Source of the DNA: Thermoanaerobaculia bacterium
GTDB taxonomy: Bacteria > Acidobacteriota > Thermoanaerobaculia > Multivoradales > Multivoraceae
NCBI GenBank assembly: GCA_963666565.1
Contig: OY762911.1
Location: forward strand, 928,001 to 992,000
Direction: 5' to 3'
DNA: 64,000 nucleotides
Shown piece by piece: positions 1 to 10,007 of this stretch. Numbering within the stretch: the stretch's first letter is position 1; each line of letters opens with the position of its first letter. The notes beneath the pieces are model-generated. The model saw only the letters and a program-made list of their open reading frames with translations. It ran no database searches and was not told the origin of the DNA. A program made the position numbers and the translations under genes.

Positions 1-1
1 G

Positions 2-271
2 CTCGCCCGATTCGAGCGGCGCGTCGTCGCCGCCGCCGCCAGGCGGGACGAGGTCCTGCGCGGCCGGGTCATGAGGCTGCGCGAGCACTGCCTGCCGAAC
101 GGCACGCTCCAGGAGCGCGTGTTCACGTCGCTCCACTGCCTGGCGTCCTACGGCCCCGCTCTCGTGCGGGAACTCGGGTCGATCGACCGGGATCCGCGGC
201 GCCTGCAGCCCCTGTCGGTGGACCGCGCCCGCGCGGAGGGCGGCGAAACTGCGGGACGGCCGCCCGCGTAG
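2..271 (+). CDS. bshC: Bacillithiol biosynthesis cysteine-adding enzyme BshC, 3' end (partial)
   Basis: Frame open from the window edge; C-terminal motif HCLPNGTLQERV..LASYG; directly upstream of bshA. Confidence 0.75.
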   Translation, partial: LARFERRVVAAAARRDEVLRGRVMRLREHCLPNGTLQERVFTSLHCLASYGPALVRELGSIDRDPRRLQPLSVDRARAEGGETAGRPPA

Positions 272-282
272 AAGTGGATCCG

Positions 283-1596
283 ATGCGGATAGGGATCTGC
301 TGCTTTCCGAGCTACGGGGGCTCCGGGGTGGTCGCCTCGGAACTGGCCCTCGCGCTGGCCGAGGGAGGCGACGACGTCCACGTCGTCAGTTCGGACCGGC
401 CGCCGCGCCTCGACGAGCGGCCCGGCGTCCGCTTTCATCGCGTGGACGGATCGGAGATCGAGGAGCACGGCCTGTTCGACCGGCCGCTGCACACCCTTGC
501 CCTCGCCAACCGGCTGGCCGAGGTGGCGGCGGCCGCCCGGCTCGACGTGATCCACGCTCACTACGCCGCGCCCCATGCCGTCGCGGCCCTGCTGGCCCGG
601 CGGATGCTCGCGGACGGTGCGGGCGCTGGGCCGCCCTGCCCGGTCGTCACGACGGTTCACGGCACGGACGTGAGCCTGGTGGGCGCCCGGCCGAGCTACC
701 GGGACGTCGTCGGCTGGGCGCTGCGCAGCAGCGACCGGGTCACGGCGCCGTCGGAAGCGCTGGCGCGCGAGGCGGCGGACCGCTTCTCGCTCGACGAACC
801 GGTCGAGGTGATTCCGAACTTCGTGCCGCCCGCCGCCGGCGGCCGCTCGCCCCGGTCGTCGGGGTCCGGGTTCAACGAGCCGGTGGACGAGTCCGCCGGG
901 GACGGCGAGGCTCGTCCCGCCGCGGAAGCCGCGTTGCCGGCCGGCCTGGAGATCGTCCACGTCTCGAACTTCCGTCCGGTCAAGCGGGCGGCGGACGTCG
1001 TGGCGGCGTTCGCGCTGGTGCGCCGGGAACTGCCGGCGCGGCTGTGCATGGTGGGGGACGGCCCCGACCGGGAGGCCGCCGAGCGCCGGTGCCGGGAACT
1101 CGGGATCGCCGAGCACGTGACCTTCCTCGGCAACCAGGCCCACGTGGAACCGATCCTGGAGCGGGGCGACCTGTTCCTGTCCGCGTCGGAGAGCGAGAGT
1201 TTCGGCCTGGCGTCGCTCGAGGCCCTGGCGCTCGGCGTGCCCGTCGTTGCGACCCGGACCGGCGGCGTGCCCGAGGTGGTCCGCGAGAACCGTAACGGGC
1301 TGCTCTGCCCGGTCGGCGACGTGGAGGCGCTGGCCGCGAGTTGCGTGGCGCTCCTGGGCGACGGCTTGCGTCGACGGGCCTTCGCGGAGCACGGCCGTCG
1401 CTGGGCGCGCTCCCGCTTCGACCGGGGACGGATCGTCGCGCAGTACCGGGAGTTGTACCGCGCTACACTGACGGCCCCGGTTCGAGCGCCTGCCGACGGG
1501 CGCCCGGACTGGGCGCGCGGCGCGGAAGGCGTAGCGCGCGTTGGTGGAGCGGCGGCCCCCGATGATCGCGCGCTCCTAGGGAAGGCAGACGCATGA
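283..1596 (+). CDS. bshA: N-acetyl-alpha-D-glucosaminyl L-malate synthase (GT4)
   Basis: MRIGICCFPSYGGSGVVA, HAHYAAPHA, HGTDV, HVSNFRPVKR and ESFGLASLEA motifs. Confidence 0.9.
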   Translation: MRIGICCFPSYGGSGVVASELALALAEGGDDVHVVSSDRPPRLDERPGVRFHRVDGSEIEEHGLFDRPLHTLALANRLAEVAAAARLDVIHAHYAAPHAVAALLARRMLADGAGAGPPCPVVTTVHGTDVSLVGARPSYRDVVGWALRSSDRVTAPSEALAREAADRFSLDEPVEVIPNFVPPAAGGRSPRSSGSGFNEPVDESAGDGEARPAAEAALPAGLEIVHVSNFRPVKRAADVVAAFALVRRELPARLCMVGDGPDREAAERRCRELGIAEHVTFLGNQAHVEPILERGDLFLSASESESFGLASLEALALGVPVVATRTGGVPEVVRENRNGLLCPVGDVEALAASCVALLGDGLRRRAFAEHGRRWARSRFDRGRIVAQYRELYRATLTAPVRAPADGRPDWARGAEGVARVGGAAAPDDRALLGKADA

Positions 1597-2000
1597 CAGA
1601 ACCGGCAGCGCCCCCACCGCCACCCCCGCCCGATCCGCCGGCGCCTCCACCGCCGCCCGATCCGCCCGGTTCCGACGGCGCCTCGTCGAACCGGAACCTG
1701 ATGGTCGTGCTTGCCTACCTGTGGATCCTCGTCCTGGTGCCGCTGCTCCTCGAAGAATCGGACGAAGACGTTCGCTGGCACGCCAAGCACGGCCTCGTCC
1801 TGATGGGGGCGGAGTTCGCGCTGTGGATCGCCCTCCAGGTCGCCCTGTTCGCGATGGGCGGCATCGGCTGCGTCCTGGCGCCGTTCATCTTCATGCTGTT
1901 CGTCGCGTTCGTCGCGGTGCGGATCGCCTGCATCGTGCGCGGGGTCAACGGCCAGCGCCTGGAGATTCCCGTGCTGACGCCCCTGGTCGACCGATTCTGA
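1593..2000 (+). CDS. DUF4870-like membrane protein with Pro-rich N-terminus
   Basis: LAYL..DEDVRWHAKHG pattern, three hydrophobic segments, ATGA overlap with bshA. Confidence 0.7.
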   Translation: MTEPAAPPPPPPPDPPAPPPPPDPPGSDGASSNRNLMVVLAYLWILVLVPLLLEESDEDVRWHAKHGLVLMGAEFALWIALQVALFAMGGIGCVLAPFIFMLFVAFVAVRIACIVRGVNGQRLEIPVLTPLVDRF

Positions 2001-2040
2001 GGCGAGCCGGGAGGTTGCGCCGCGGTAGCCGGGTGCGCGG

Positions 2041-2147
2041 CTGGGTGCGCGGGTCTTCCGACCCGCTGCCGCCGGAGGCGGCATGAGATGCGCGCCGGCC
2101 GTTTGCTGGGTGCGCGGGTCTTCCGACCCGCCGCCGCCGGAGGCGGC
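2041..2147 (+). repeat. Two tandem REP-like copies (2041-2082, 2106-2147)
   Basis: CTGGGTGC-GCGGGTC-TTCC-GACCCGC-(T/C)-GCCGCC-GGA-GGCGGC twice at 65-bp spacing. Confidence 0.95.
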
Positions 2148-2549
2148 ATGAGAAGCGTGCCGGCCGTCAAGCGGGTTCGGCTTGCCCTGCTCCTGTCCGC
2201 CGGCCTGGTCCTGGGCGCCGCCGCCTTCGACATGACGCGGCCGCCGGAGCGCCAACTCTCGGCGCGCGGCGCCGACGCCCTGATCGGCGCCTACCAGGCG
2301 ACGGTCTCGCCCCTCCTCACCCGCGCCGGCGTGCGCTGCCGCTTCCAGCCGACCTGCAGCGAGTACACGCGGACGACCGTCCGGGACCGCGGACTGGCGG
2401 CGGGCAGTCTGCGCGGTCTGGCCCGGCTGGCCCGGTGCGGACCGTGGACGCCGGCCGGCACCGTGGATCCTCCGGTACGGATCGCCGGTGGTCCGGCCCT
2501 GTGGCCGGCTTCCGGAAGAAACGTGGCCCCGAAGCGGCCACCGCATTGA
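2148..2549 (+). CDS. yidD: Membrane protein insertion efficiency factor YidD-like
   Basis: YQ..SP, CRFQPTCSEY, RLARCGPW..G.VDPP motifs. Confidence 0.85.
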   Translation: MRSVPAVKRVRLALLLSAGLVLGAAAFDMTRPPERQLSARGADALIGAYQATVSPLLTRAGVRCRFQPTCSEYTRTTVRDRGLAAGSLRGLARLARCGPWTPAGTVDPPVRIAGGPALWPASGRNVAPKRPPH

Positions 2550-2550
2550 C

Positions 2551-2886
2551 ATGACCGTCTGGCCCACCGAAGTCCGCCGGGACCACGAAGCGCGCCTGCT
2601 GCGGGTGCGCTGGCAGGACGGCCACGAGAGCGCATACGAGTACGACGTCCTGCGCGGCTACTGCCCCTGCGCCATGTGCCAGGGCCACAACGCGGGTCCG
2701 CTGCGGTTTCAGCCGCCGCCGCGGCCGGTAACGGCGCAGACCGTGTCCCAGGTCGGCAACTACGCGCTCAGCATCGCCTGGTCCGACGGTCACTGGACCG
2801 GCATCTACCGCTTCGACCTTCTGCGGCGCCTCTGCCCCTGCGACGAATGCCGGGTGCGCGGGTCTTCCGACCCGCTGCCGCCGTAG
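2551..2886 (+). CDS. DUF971 / GBBH-N-like metal-binding protein
   Basis: WQDGH, LRGYCPCAMC, VGNYAL..WSDGH.TGIY, CPCDEC; C-terminus and stop lie inside a REP copy. Confidence 0.85.
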   Translation: MTVWPTEVRRDHEARLLRVRWQDGHESAYEYDVLRGYCPCAMCQGHNAGPLRFQPPPRPVTAQTVSQVGNYALSIAWSDGHWTGIYRFDLLRRLCPCDECRVRGSSDPLPP

Positions 2887-2984
2887 GCGGCGGACGGTAG
2901 CGTCGCCGGCCTTTGGCCGGCGGCCCGATTGTCCGGGCTTCGCCGCTTCGCCCCCTGTGCGGGTCAGAAGACCCGCGCACCCAG
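2850..2984. repeat. REPIN-like composite (inverted REP pair with hairpin spacer)
   Basis: Forward copy 2850-2891, reverse copy 2959-2984; spacer CGTCGCCGGCCTTTGGCCGGCGGCC shared with 35000-35141. Confidence 0.9.
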
Positions 2985-3019
2985 CGGACGACCCACGCAG
3001 GCGGCGGATGAGCCGCGGG

Positions 3020-3709
3020 TCAGGCGCACTCTCGCTCGGCGAGCCGGCAGGCCCGCTCCCAGTCGGCGGCCGTGTTCACGTTCAGCAGGACCTCCTCGGG
3101 GTCTCCGAACCGGCTCGCATCGACCGGCTCGACGCGCAGGCCGGTACAGCGGGTGAGCGGGTAGAGGCGGTAGTCGCCCCGTTCGACTCGGGCCGCCAGC
3201 CGCTCCAGCGCCGGCGGCGTCCAGAGCGCGCAGGTCGGGTTCATGGATCGCGGGTCGCCGGGATCGGTCGTCGCCGCGGCCAGGTCGGCGCCGGATGCGG
3301 CGAGTTCGGCCAGCAGGTCGACCGGCGCCAGCGGCAGGTCGCAGGCCAGAACGAGCAGGCCGTGCCCCGGCCGGAACCGGGCCGCGCCCAGCACACCGGC
3401 CGCGGGGCCCGAACCTGGCCCGTCCGGCGCCGCCGAGACGGGGAGGCCGCGGTCGACCGGACCGGCTTCGGCGCCGAAGTCGCCGGCAGCGACGACGATC
3501 TCCTCGACCGCGGCAACGGCGGCAAGCCGGCCGACCGCCCGCTCGACCAGCGTCGGTCCCGGCGCACCGGATCGCGAACCGGGAAGGCGGAGGACCGCCT
3601 TGTTGCCCCCCAGCCGGTTCCCCCTGCCGCCCGCGAGCACGACGCCGGCGATCGGGCTGCTAGGCTGCGCCCGCTTCGCGCCCGCGGCATCCGGCCGGGG
3701 CGGTTTCAT
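3020..3709 (-). CDS. mobA: Molybdenum cofactor guanylyltransferase MobA-like
   Basis: [33 protein letters not shown] motifs. Confidence 0.85.
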   Translation of the reverse strand: MKPPRPDAAGAKRAQPSSPIAGVVLAGGRGNRLGGNKAVLRLPGSRSGAPGPTLVERAVGRLAAVAAVEEIVVAAGDFGAEAGPVDRGLPVSAAPDGPGSGPAAGVLGAARFRPGHGLLVLACDLPLAPVDLLAELAASGADLAAATTDPGDPRSMNPTCALWTPPALERLAARVERGDYRLYPLTRCTGLRVEPVDASRFGDPEEVLLNVNTAADWERACRLAERECA

Positions 3710-3726
3710 CTCTGGAGATCGACCAG

Positions 3727-4308
3727 ATGCACTCTTCACACACCGGACCCTGGAGCCGTTTCTTGATCTACGCCGCTTCCGCCGTTCTGCTGGCCGCGCC
3801 GAGCCTCGGCCAGGACTCGCCCCCGAGGGTAGCCCTCGAAACGAACCACGGCACGATCGTGCTGGAACTGAACCCGGAGAAGGCGCCGGTCACGGTCGAG
3901 AACTTCCTCGACTACGTGGACCGCGGCTGGTACGACGGCACCGTCTTCCATCGCGTGATCGCGGACTTCATGATCCAGGGCGGCGGCTTCACGGCCGACA
4001 TGCAGAAGAAGATCACCCGGCCGGAGATCGAGAACGAGTCGAAGAACGGTCTCTCCAACAAGCGCGGCACGATCGCCATGGCACGCACCGGCGAGCCGCA
4101 CAGCGCCACGGCGCAGTTCTTCATCAACCTCGTGGACAACGACGGCCTGGACGGAAAGCCCAATAGTTGGGGCTACGCCGTCTTCGGCAAGGTCGTCGAG
4201 GGCATCGACGTGGTCGACTCCATCGCGAAGGTCGAGGTCAAGCCCGGCCGCGTGAGCGAGGCGGAGCCGCAGGAGCAGGTGAAGCTGATCGGCGCCAAGC
4301 GCCAGTAG
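3727..4308 (+). CDS. ppiA: Periplasmic cyclophilin-type peptidyl-prolyl isomerase
   Basis: Signal peptide; [35 protein letters not shown]. Confidence 0.92.
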   Translation: MHSSHTGPWSRFLIYAASAVLLAAPSLGQDSPPRVALETNHGTIVLELNPEKAPVTVENFLDYVDRGWYDGTVFHRVIADFMIQGGGFTADMQKKITRPEIENESKNGLSNKRGTIAMARTGEPHSATAQFFINLVDNDGLDGKPNSWGYAVFGKVVEGIDVVDSIAKVEVKPGRVSEAEPQEQVKLIGAKRQ

Positions 4309-4431
4309 CGCCCGGCGGCTCGACCGCACCGTCGCGGGCCGCCGCCCGACCATCTTCGGACCGAAGGAACTCGGCGCGCCGGCCACTCGGTCCGGCCGGG
4401 GGTGCCCGCGTTCCCGCCTTCGCGGGAGCGG

Positions 4432-4516
4432 TGGTGCCGAAGGCCGGACTCGAACCGGCACGGGTTGCCCCACACGGCCCTCAACCGTGCGCGTCTACCA
4501 ATTCCGCCACTTCGGC
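4432..4516 (-). tRNA. tRNA-Leu (anticodon GAG)
   Basis: GCCGAAG acceptor stem, CACGG-TTGAGGG-CCGTG anticodon arm, long variable arm, GTTCGAGTC, encoded CCA; downstream of secG as is usual. Confidence 0.95.
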
Positions 4517-4539
4517 TCTGGCCACGTCTTCCGCTGGAT

Positions 4540-4968
4540 CTAGCCCTGGTTGTTGCCGCCGGCCTCGGGCTCGGCGTCCGTCGTCGCATTGCCGGCGCCG
4601 TCACCGTCTCCGGCGTCGCCGGCCTCGGCCGGCGCGCTCTCCGTTGCCTCGGCGGGTGCCGTGGCTGCCGGCGCCGCTTCCGGCGCGGCGGGCACCACTT
4701 CCTCCATCACGGAGTCGACCCCGCTCATGACCGACGACGTGTCCCGCTTCTGCCAGAAGCCGATCGTCAGGGTGGTCATGATGAAGAGGACGAAGCAGGC
4801 GACGGTCAGCTTGTGCAGGAGCGTGGCGGCCCCGCGGGCGCCGAAGGCGGCCTGGGAGGCGCCGCCCCCGAACACGGACAGGTCGGCCCCCTTGCCCTGC
4901 TGCAGCAGGACGACGAGGACCAGGAACAACGAAACCGCCACGTGGACGGTGTACAGCACGAAGATCAA
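4540..4968 (-). CDS. secG: Preprotein translocase subunit SecG
   Basis: VLLQQGKGADL..FGGG..FGARG; TTG start with GGAG RBS; tpiA-secG-tRNA-Leu synteny. Confidence 0.93.
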   Translation of the reverse strand: MIFVLYTVHVAVSLFLVLVVLLQQGKGADLSVFGGGASQAAFGARGAATLLHKLTVACFVLFIMTTLTIGFWQKRDTSSVMSGVDSVMEEVVPAAPEAAPAATAPAEATESAPAEAGDAGDGDGAGNATTDAEPEAGGNNQG

Positions 4969-5016
4969 GTCAATCTCCCCTCTGGGGTGTCCGCAACGCG
5001 AGCGCGGCGCCGTTCG

Positions 5017-5799
5017 TCAGGGCTGTGAGCCGCCGGCGGAACCCGTGGAAAGACGAATGATACGCAGGAACGAGGAAGGATCAAGACTTGCGCCGCCGAT
5101 GAGGAAGCCGTCGATGTCCGGCCGGCCGATCAGATCCCGGCAGTTGCCGGCGTTCACCGAGCCGCCGTAGAGGATCCGGGTCGAGTCGCCGAGGCCGGCC
5201 CGATGGCCGTTGAGCCGCGCCCGCAGGTGGCCGTGGACGGCGGCGGCGATCCGCGGCGAGGCGCTGAGACCGGTGCCGATGGCCCATACCGGTTCGTAGG
5301 CGACCGTCGCGCCGACTCCGGCGCCGTCGGCCTCGGCGAGCACGTCGAGCACGGCGCCCAACTGGGCGTCGAGGACCGCCTCCGTCTCGTTCGCCTCCCG
5401 TTGCTCCAGGGTTTCGCCCACGCAGACGACCGGGACGAGCCCGGCGTCGAGGGCGCGCCGGGCCTTGTGCGCCACGTCCTCGTTCGACTCGCCGTGGTAC
5501 TCGCGCCGTTCCGAGTGGCCGGCCAGGGCCCAGGAAGCGCCGGCGTCGACGATCTGGGCGGCGGCGACGTCGCCGGTGTAGGCGCCGGCTTCCTCGGCGT
5601 GGACGTCCTGGGCGCCGACGGCGGCCCACTCGGGCATCGCCTTCGCCGCGAGATCGAGATGGACGGGCGCCGGGAACAGGACGACGTCGACCCGCGCATC
5701 GGGCGGGCCGGCGGCGGTCAGCGCCTCGGCGTAGGCCGCGACGTCCTCGCGGAGCAGGTTCATCTTCCAGTTCCCGGCGACGATGGCTCGACGTTTCAC
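5017..5799 (-). CDS. tpiA: Triosephosphate isomerase
   Basis: AGNWKMN, GHSERR, AYEPVWAIGTG, LYGGSV, LIGGASL; GTG start after GGAG. Confidence 0.97.
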   Translation of the reverse strand: MKRRAIVAGNWKMNLLREDVAAYAEALTAAGPPDARVDVVLFPAPVHLDLAAKAMPEWAAVGAQDVHAEEAGAYTGDVAAAQIVDAGASWALAGHSERREYHGESNEDVAHKARRALDAGLVPVVCVGETLEQREANETEAVLDAQLGAVLDVLAEADGAGVGATVAYEPVWAIGTGLSASPRIAAAVHGHLRARLNGHRAGLGDSTRILYGGSVNAGNCRDLIGRPDIDGFLIGGASLDPSSFLRIIRLSTGSAGGSQP

Positions 5800-5854
5800 T
5801 TGTTCTCTCCTGAGTCCCTGCCAGACCCGCGCTGGGCGACGATCGGCGTGCGCG

Positions 5855-7095
5855 TCATGTTCCCTCCCTGCCGGCGGCGCGGAGCGCCTCGACTGCGGGC
5901 AGTCGCTCACCGGCGAGCAGCGCCAGGGAGGCGCCGCCGCCGGTCGAGACGTGATCGATCTCTTCGGACAGCTTCTCCAGCCGGACCGCGGCCACCGTTT
6001 CGCCGCCGCCGATCGCGGTGAACCCGTCGCAGGCGGCGACGGCCCGCGCCACCGCGCGGCTGCCGGCGTCGAACGGCCGCGTCTCGAAGACGCCCATCGG
6101 GCCGTTCCAGAACAGGGTCGCGGCGCCGGCGATCGCGTCGGCGAAGGCGGCCCGGGTCTCCGGCCCGATGTCGACGGCCAGCCACCCCTCCGGTACGCCG
6201 TCCTCGATCGACACCGTGTGGACCGACTGTTCCGAAAGCGTCGCGTCGAGGGACTCCGTGGCCACGAGGTCGATGGGCAGAAGCAGTTCGGCGCCGCGGG
6301 CCGCGGTCTCGGCCTCGATCTCGCGGGCCAGGTCGAAGCTCTCCGCCTCGACCAGCGAGGAGGCGAGCTCGACGCCGCGGGCGGCCAGGAACGCGTTGGC
6401 CATGCCGCCCCCGACCAGCACGCGGTCGACCAGCGGCAGCAGGTGCCGCAGCGCGCCGATCTTGCCGCGGATCTTCGCGCCGCCGACAACCAGCGCGAAC
6501 GGCCGCGGAGGGTCGTCGAGCAGGCGGCCGAGCTGACGCAGTTCGCGGTCGAGCAGCAGGCCGCTGAAGGCGGGTTCCATCCGGCCGCAGATGGCGGCGG
6601 TAGAGGCGTGGGCGCGGTGGGCCGTGCCGAAGGCGTCGTTCACGTAGACCTCGCCGAGGGCGGCCAGCCCGGCGGCGAAGTCCGGGTCGTTCGCTTCCTC
6701 GCCGGCGTGGAAGCGGAGGTTCTCGCAGAGGAGGACGCCGCCGTCGTCGAGCGCGGCCGCGGCGTTCCGGGCGGCCGGGCCGATGCAGTCCGGGGCGAAG
6801 GCGACCGGCCGGCCGAGCACGGAGGACAGCGCCGCGGCGACGGGACGCAGGCCGAACGACGGATCGGCCTTGCCCCGCGGGCGGCCCCGGTGCGACAGCA
6901 GGACGACGCGGGCGCCCGCGGCGCACAGGGCGTCGATGGTGGGCGCCGCTTCCCGCAGCCGGGTCGCGTCGAGGACCTCTTCGCCCGCCATCGGCACGTT
7001 GAAGTCGACGCGGACGACGACCCGCCTGCCCTGGAACGCGAACGCGGCGGCTGTCGCTTCAGGGCGCGCTTCCTCGCGGAAGGCGGAAGACGCAT
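5855..7095 (-). CDS. pgk: Phosphoglycerate kinase (apparent 1-bp frameshift after codon 4)
   Basis: RVDFNVP, LSHRGRP, ENLRF, NDAFGTAHRAHAS, WNGPMGVFE, STGGGASL; nearest ATG (7095) is one base out of frame. Confidence 0.92.
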
Positions 7096-7147
7096 GGTGC
7101 CTGAGCGCGAGCGAGCCGTCCGCCAGAGCGGCCTGGAGGTTCCTCCG

Positions 7148-7189
7148 CCGGGTGCGCGGGTCGTCTGACCCGCTGCCGCCGAAGGCGGC
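7148..7189 (+). repeat. REP-like copy
   Basis: GGGTGC-GCGGGTC-GTCT-GACCCGC-T-GCCGCC-GAA-GGCGGC. Confidence 0.9.
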
Positions 7190-7313
7190 CGGAGAGACGC
7201 GCCGGCTGTCGGGCCGGCTCTGGTCGGGCTGGTTCCTGGTAGCGGTCAACGTCCAAGTCTCGGCCGCCGCGGCTGCCGTGGCCGCCGCGCACGCGGAGGA
7301 TAACGTCGCCGGC

Positions 7314-8486
7314 ATGTCCGCGGCCAACGAAGCGGCCGGCCCGTTGGAGGGCTTCGTGCTCGGCATCGAAACGTCCTGCGACGACACCGCCTGCGCGGTG
7401 CTCGACGCGAAGGGCCGGGTGCTCTCGTCGGTCGTCTCGAGCCAACTGGACGTACACCGCCCGTTCGGCGGCGTCGTGCCGGAGGCGGCGTCGCGGGAGC
7501 ACCTACGCAACTGGCCCGCCGTGTCGGCGGCGGCGCTCGAGGAGGCGGGCGTGGACTGGTCCGGCGTCGGCGCGGTCGCGGCGACCCGCGGGCCCGGCCT
7601 CGTCGGGTCGCTCCTCGTCGGCCTTTCGCTCGGCAAGGCGATCGGCTACTCGCTCGGCGTGCCGTTCCTCGCCGTGCATCATCTGGAGGGGCACCTGTAC
7701 TCGCCGTTGCTCCGGTCCGACGGCGCGAGCCGGCCCGTGCCCGAGTCGATGGTCGGCCTGGTGGTCTCCGGCGGCCACACCAGCCTGCTCGCCGTCGACG
7801 GCCCGTCCGGCGCGGTGACCAGTCTGGCCGAGACGCGGGACGACGCGATCGGCGAAGCATTCGACAAGATCGGCCACCGCATCGGCCTGGCCTTCCCGGC
7901 CGGCGCCGAGGTCGACCGGCTGGCGGAACTCGGCGATCCGGCGGCCTGTCCGTTCCGGGTGGCCAGGATCAAGTCCAGCGAACTGGCCTTCTCGTACTCG
8001 GGCCTGAAGAGCCAGGCGCTGCGCGCGCTCGGCGAGATCGAGGCGGGGAACGGCGCCGGCTATGGCACCCCGGCGCACCCGGTGGGCGGCTCTGCGGACA
8101 CTTCGATCGAAGACGAAGCCTGGCCTCGGGAGGTGCTCGACCTGTTCGCCGGGTTCCGGCGCGCCGCGGTCGCGCAGTTGATCGACCGCCTGGACCGGCT
8201 GTGCGACGAGCGGCCGGTGGAGCGGCTCTCCGTCTCGGGCGGGGTGGCGGCGAACCGCCTGCTGCGTCGGGAGGTTGCGCTCTGGGGCGAGCGTCGCGGC
8301 GCCGAGGTGCTGCTCGTGCCGCTCCGCTACTGCGGCGACAACGCGGCGATGATCGCCCATGCCGGCCTGCTGCGCCTCCGTCGCGGCGACGTCGACGACC
8401 CCCGCTCCGCGGATGCGGAGAGCCGGATCCCCTTCGCGCCCCGGACTGCGAAGAAGCAGCTTGGGCAGCGAGTCGCGCCGGCCTGA
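7314..8486 (+). CDS. tsaD: tRNA N6-threonylcarbamoyltransferase TsaD
   Basis: LGIETSCDDT, GGVVPEAASREH, HHLEGH, SGGHT, DDAIGEAFDK, SGGVAAN, DNAAMIA. Confidence 0.95.
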   Translation: MSAANEAAGPLEGFVLGIETSCDDTACAVLDAKGRVLSSVVSSQLDVHRPFGGVVPEAASREHLRNWPAVSAAALEEAGVDWSGVGAVAATRGPGLVGSLLVGLSLGKAIGYSLGVPFLAVHHLEGHLYSPLLRSDGASRPVPESMVGLVVSGGHTSLLAVDGPSGAVTSLAETRDDAIGEAFDKIGHRIGLAFPAGAEVDRLAELGDPAACPFRVARIKSSELAFSYSGLKSQALRALGEIEAGNGAGYGTPAHPVGGSADTSIEDEAWPREVLDLFAGFRRAAVAQLIDRLDRLCDERPVERLSVSGGVAANRLLRREVALWGERRGAEVLLVPLRYCGDNAAMIAHAGLLRLRRGDVDDPRSADAESRIPFAPRTAKKQLGQRVAPA

Positions 8487-8505
8487 CGGCCGGCTCGCTT
8501 CTCTT

Positions 8506-8547
8506 GCCGCCTTCGGCGACGGCGGGTCGGAAGACCCGCGCACCCAG
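8506..8547 (-). repeat. REP-like copy between convergent tsaD and thiG
   Basis: Reverse complement of the consensus with a GAA loop. Confidence 0.9.
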
Positions 8548-8554
8548 CGGCCGC

Positions 8555-9334
8555 CTAGTCGATGAGCCCCCCCAGCGGCGACGATGCCGTCGCGTAGAGC
8601 TTCTTCGGAATCCGCCCGGCGTTCGCCGCCAGCCAGCCGGCCTCCACAGCCAGCTTCATCGCGCGCGCCATCCGCACCGGATCGCGGGCGCCGGCGACGC
8701 CGGTGTTCATCAGCACGCCGTCGGCGCCGAGCTCCATCGCCAGGGCGGCGTCGCTGGCGGTGCCGACGCCGGCGTCCACGATCACCGGCACGTTGGCCTG
8801 CTCGACGATGATCCGCAGGTTCGCCGGGTTGCGGATTCCCATCCCGGAGCCGATCGGCGCCGCGAGCGGCATCACCGCGGCCGCGCCCAGGTCCTCCAGC
8901 TTGCGGCAGGTGATCGGATCGTCCGTCGTGTAGGGAAGCACGACGAAGTCGTCGGCGACCAGCTCCCGGGTCGCCGCGAGCAGCTCTTCGTTGTCCGGGA
9001 AGAGCGTCTTCTCGTCGCCGATCACCTCCAGCTTGACCCAGTTCCATCCGCCCAGTTCCCGCGCCAGCCGGGCGGTCCGCACCGCGTCGTCCGCGGTGTA
9101 GCAGGCGGCGGTGTTGGGCAGCAGCAGGTAGCGGTCCTGGTCGATGCGGTCGATCAGCGACCCCTTGCCCAGGTCGTCCAGGTTGACGCGGCGGAGCGCC
9201 ACCGTGACCATCTCCGTGCCGGACGCGGCGAAGGCCTCGACCATCACCTGTTCGTCGCGGTACTTGCCGGTGCCGAGAATGAGGCGCGAGCGGAACTCGC
9301 GTCCGGCGATGACGAGCGGTTCTGGAGCGGTCAT
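8555..9334 (-). CDS. thiG: Thiazole synthase
   Basis: [45 protein letters not shown]. Confidence 0.96.
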   Translation of the reverse strand: MTAPEPLVIAGREFRSRLILGTGKYRDEQVMVEAFAASGTEMVTVALRRVNLDDLGKGSLIDRIDQDRYLLLPNTAACYTADDAVRTARLARELGGWNWVKLEVIGDEKTLFPDNEELLAATRELVADDFVVLPYTTDDPITCRKLEDLGAAAVMPLAAPIGSGMGIRNPANLRIIVEQANVPVIVDAGVGTASDAALAMELGADGVLMNTGVAGARDPVRMARAMKLAVEAGWLAANAGRIPKKLYATASSPLGGLID

Positions 9335-9356
9335 GGCGTCTGTCTCTCGGGCTGCC

Positions 9357-10007
9357 TCAGGCGCTGCGCGCGGGCACGAAGTACTCGGTGCCCCGGATTT
9401 GCCGCGAGATGTGGTGGAGCAGCTCCTCGAAGTCGGTCGGCTTGTGCTCGAAATCCATGTTGCGGCTGTCCACGACCAGCAGAGGCGACCCGTCGTAGTG
9501 GTAGTAGTGGTGGTTGTAGGCCTCGATCAGTTCGCTCATGTAGTCGGCGGAGATGTTCTGCTCGATGGCGCGGCTGCGCTTGCGGATCCGCGCCATGCAG
9601 GTCTCGACGTCGGCGGTGAGGAAGATGAGGAGGTCCGGCTGGCGCAACTGCGGCTCGAGCAGGTCGTAGAGCTTCTCGAACAGCATCAGGTCGCCGTCCG
9701 TCAGGTTGAGAAACGCGAAGAGTCTGCTCTTGGCGAAAGTGTAGTCGGCGAGGCGGACGGGATCGAACAGCTCCTCCTGGGCCAGGTCGAGTTGCTGCTT
9801 GTAGCGCGTCAGCAGGAAGTAGAGCTCGGTCTGGAAGGCGGTACCGGGCCGATCCTGGTAGAACGCCTCGAGGAACGGGTTGTCCACGTCCTCGAGGATC
9901 TTCACGCCCTCGAAGCGCTGCGCGAGCATCTCGACCAGGGTCGTCTTGCCTACGCCGATCGGTCCGTCGACGGCCAGGTACCGGTACGGGAGCGCGTCCA
10001 CGGGCAC
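9357..10007 (-). CDS. Deoxynucleoside kinase
   Basis: [11 protein letters not shown]-loop, [25 protein letters not shown]. Confidence 0.88.
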   Translation of the reverse strand: MPVDALPYRYLAVDGPIGVGKTTLVEMLAQRFEGVKILEDVDNPFLEAFYQDRPGTAFQTELYFLLTRYKQQLDLAQEELFDPVRLADYTFAKSRLFAFLNLTDGDLMLFEKLYDLLEPQLRQPDLLIFLTADVETCMARIRKRSRAIEQNISADYMSELIEAYNHHYYHYDGSPLLVVDSRNMDFEHKPTDFEELLHHISRQIRGTEYFVPARSA

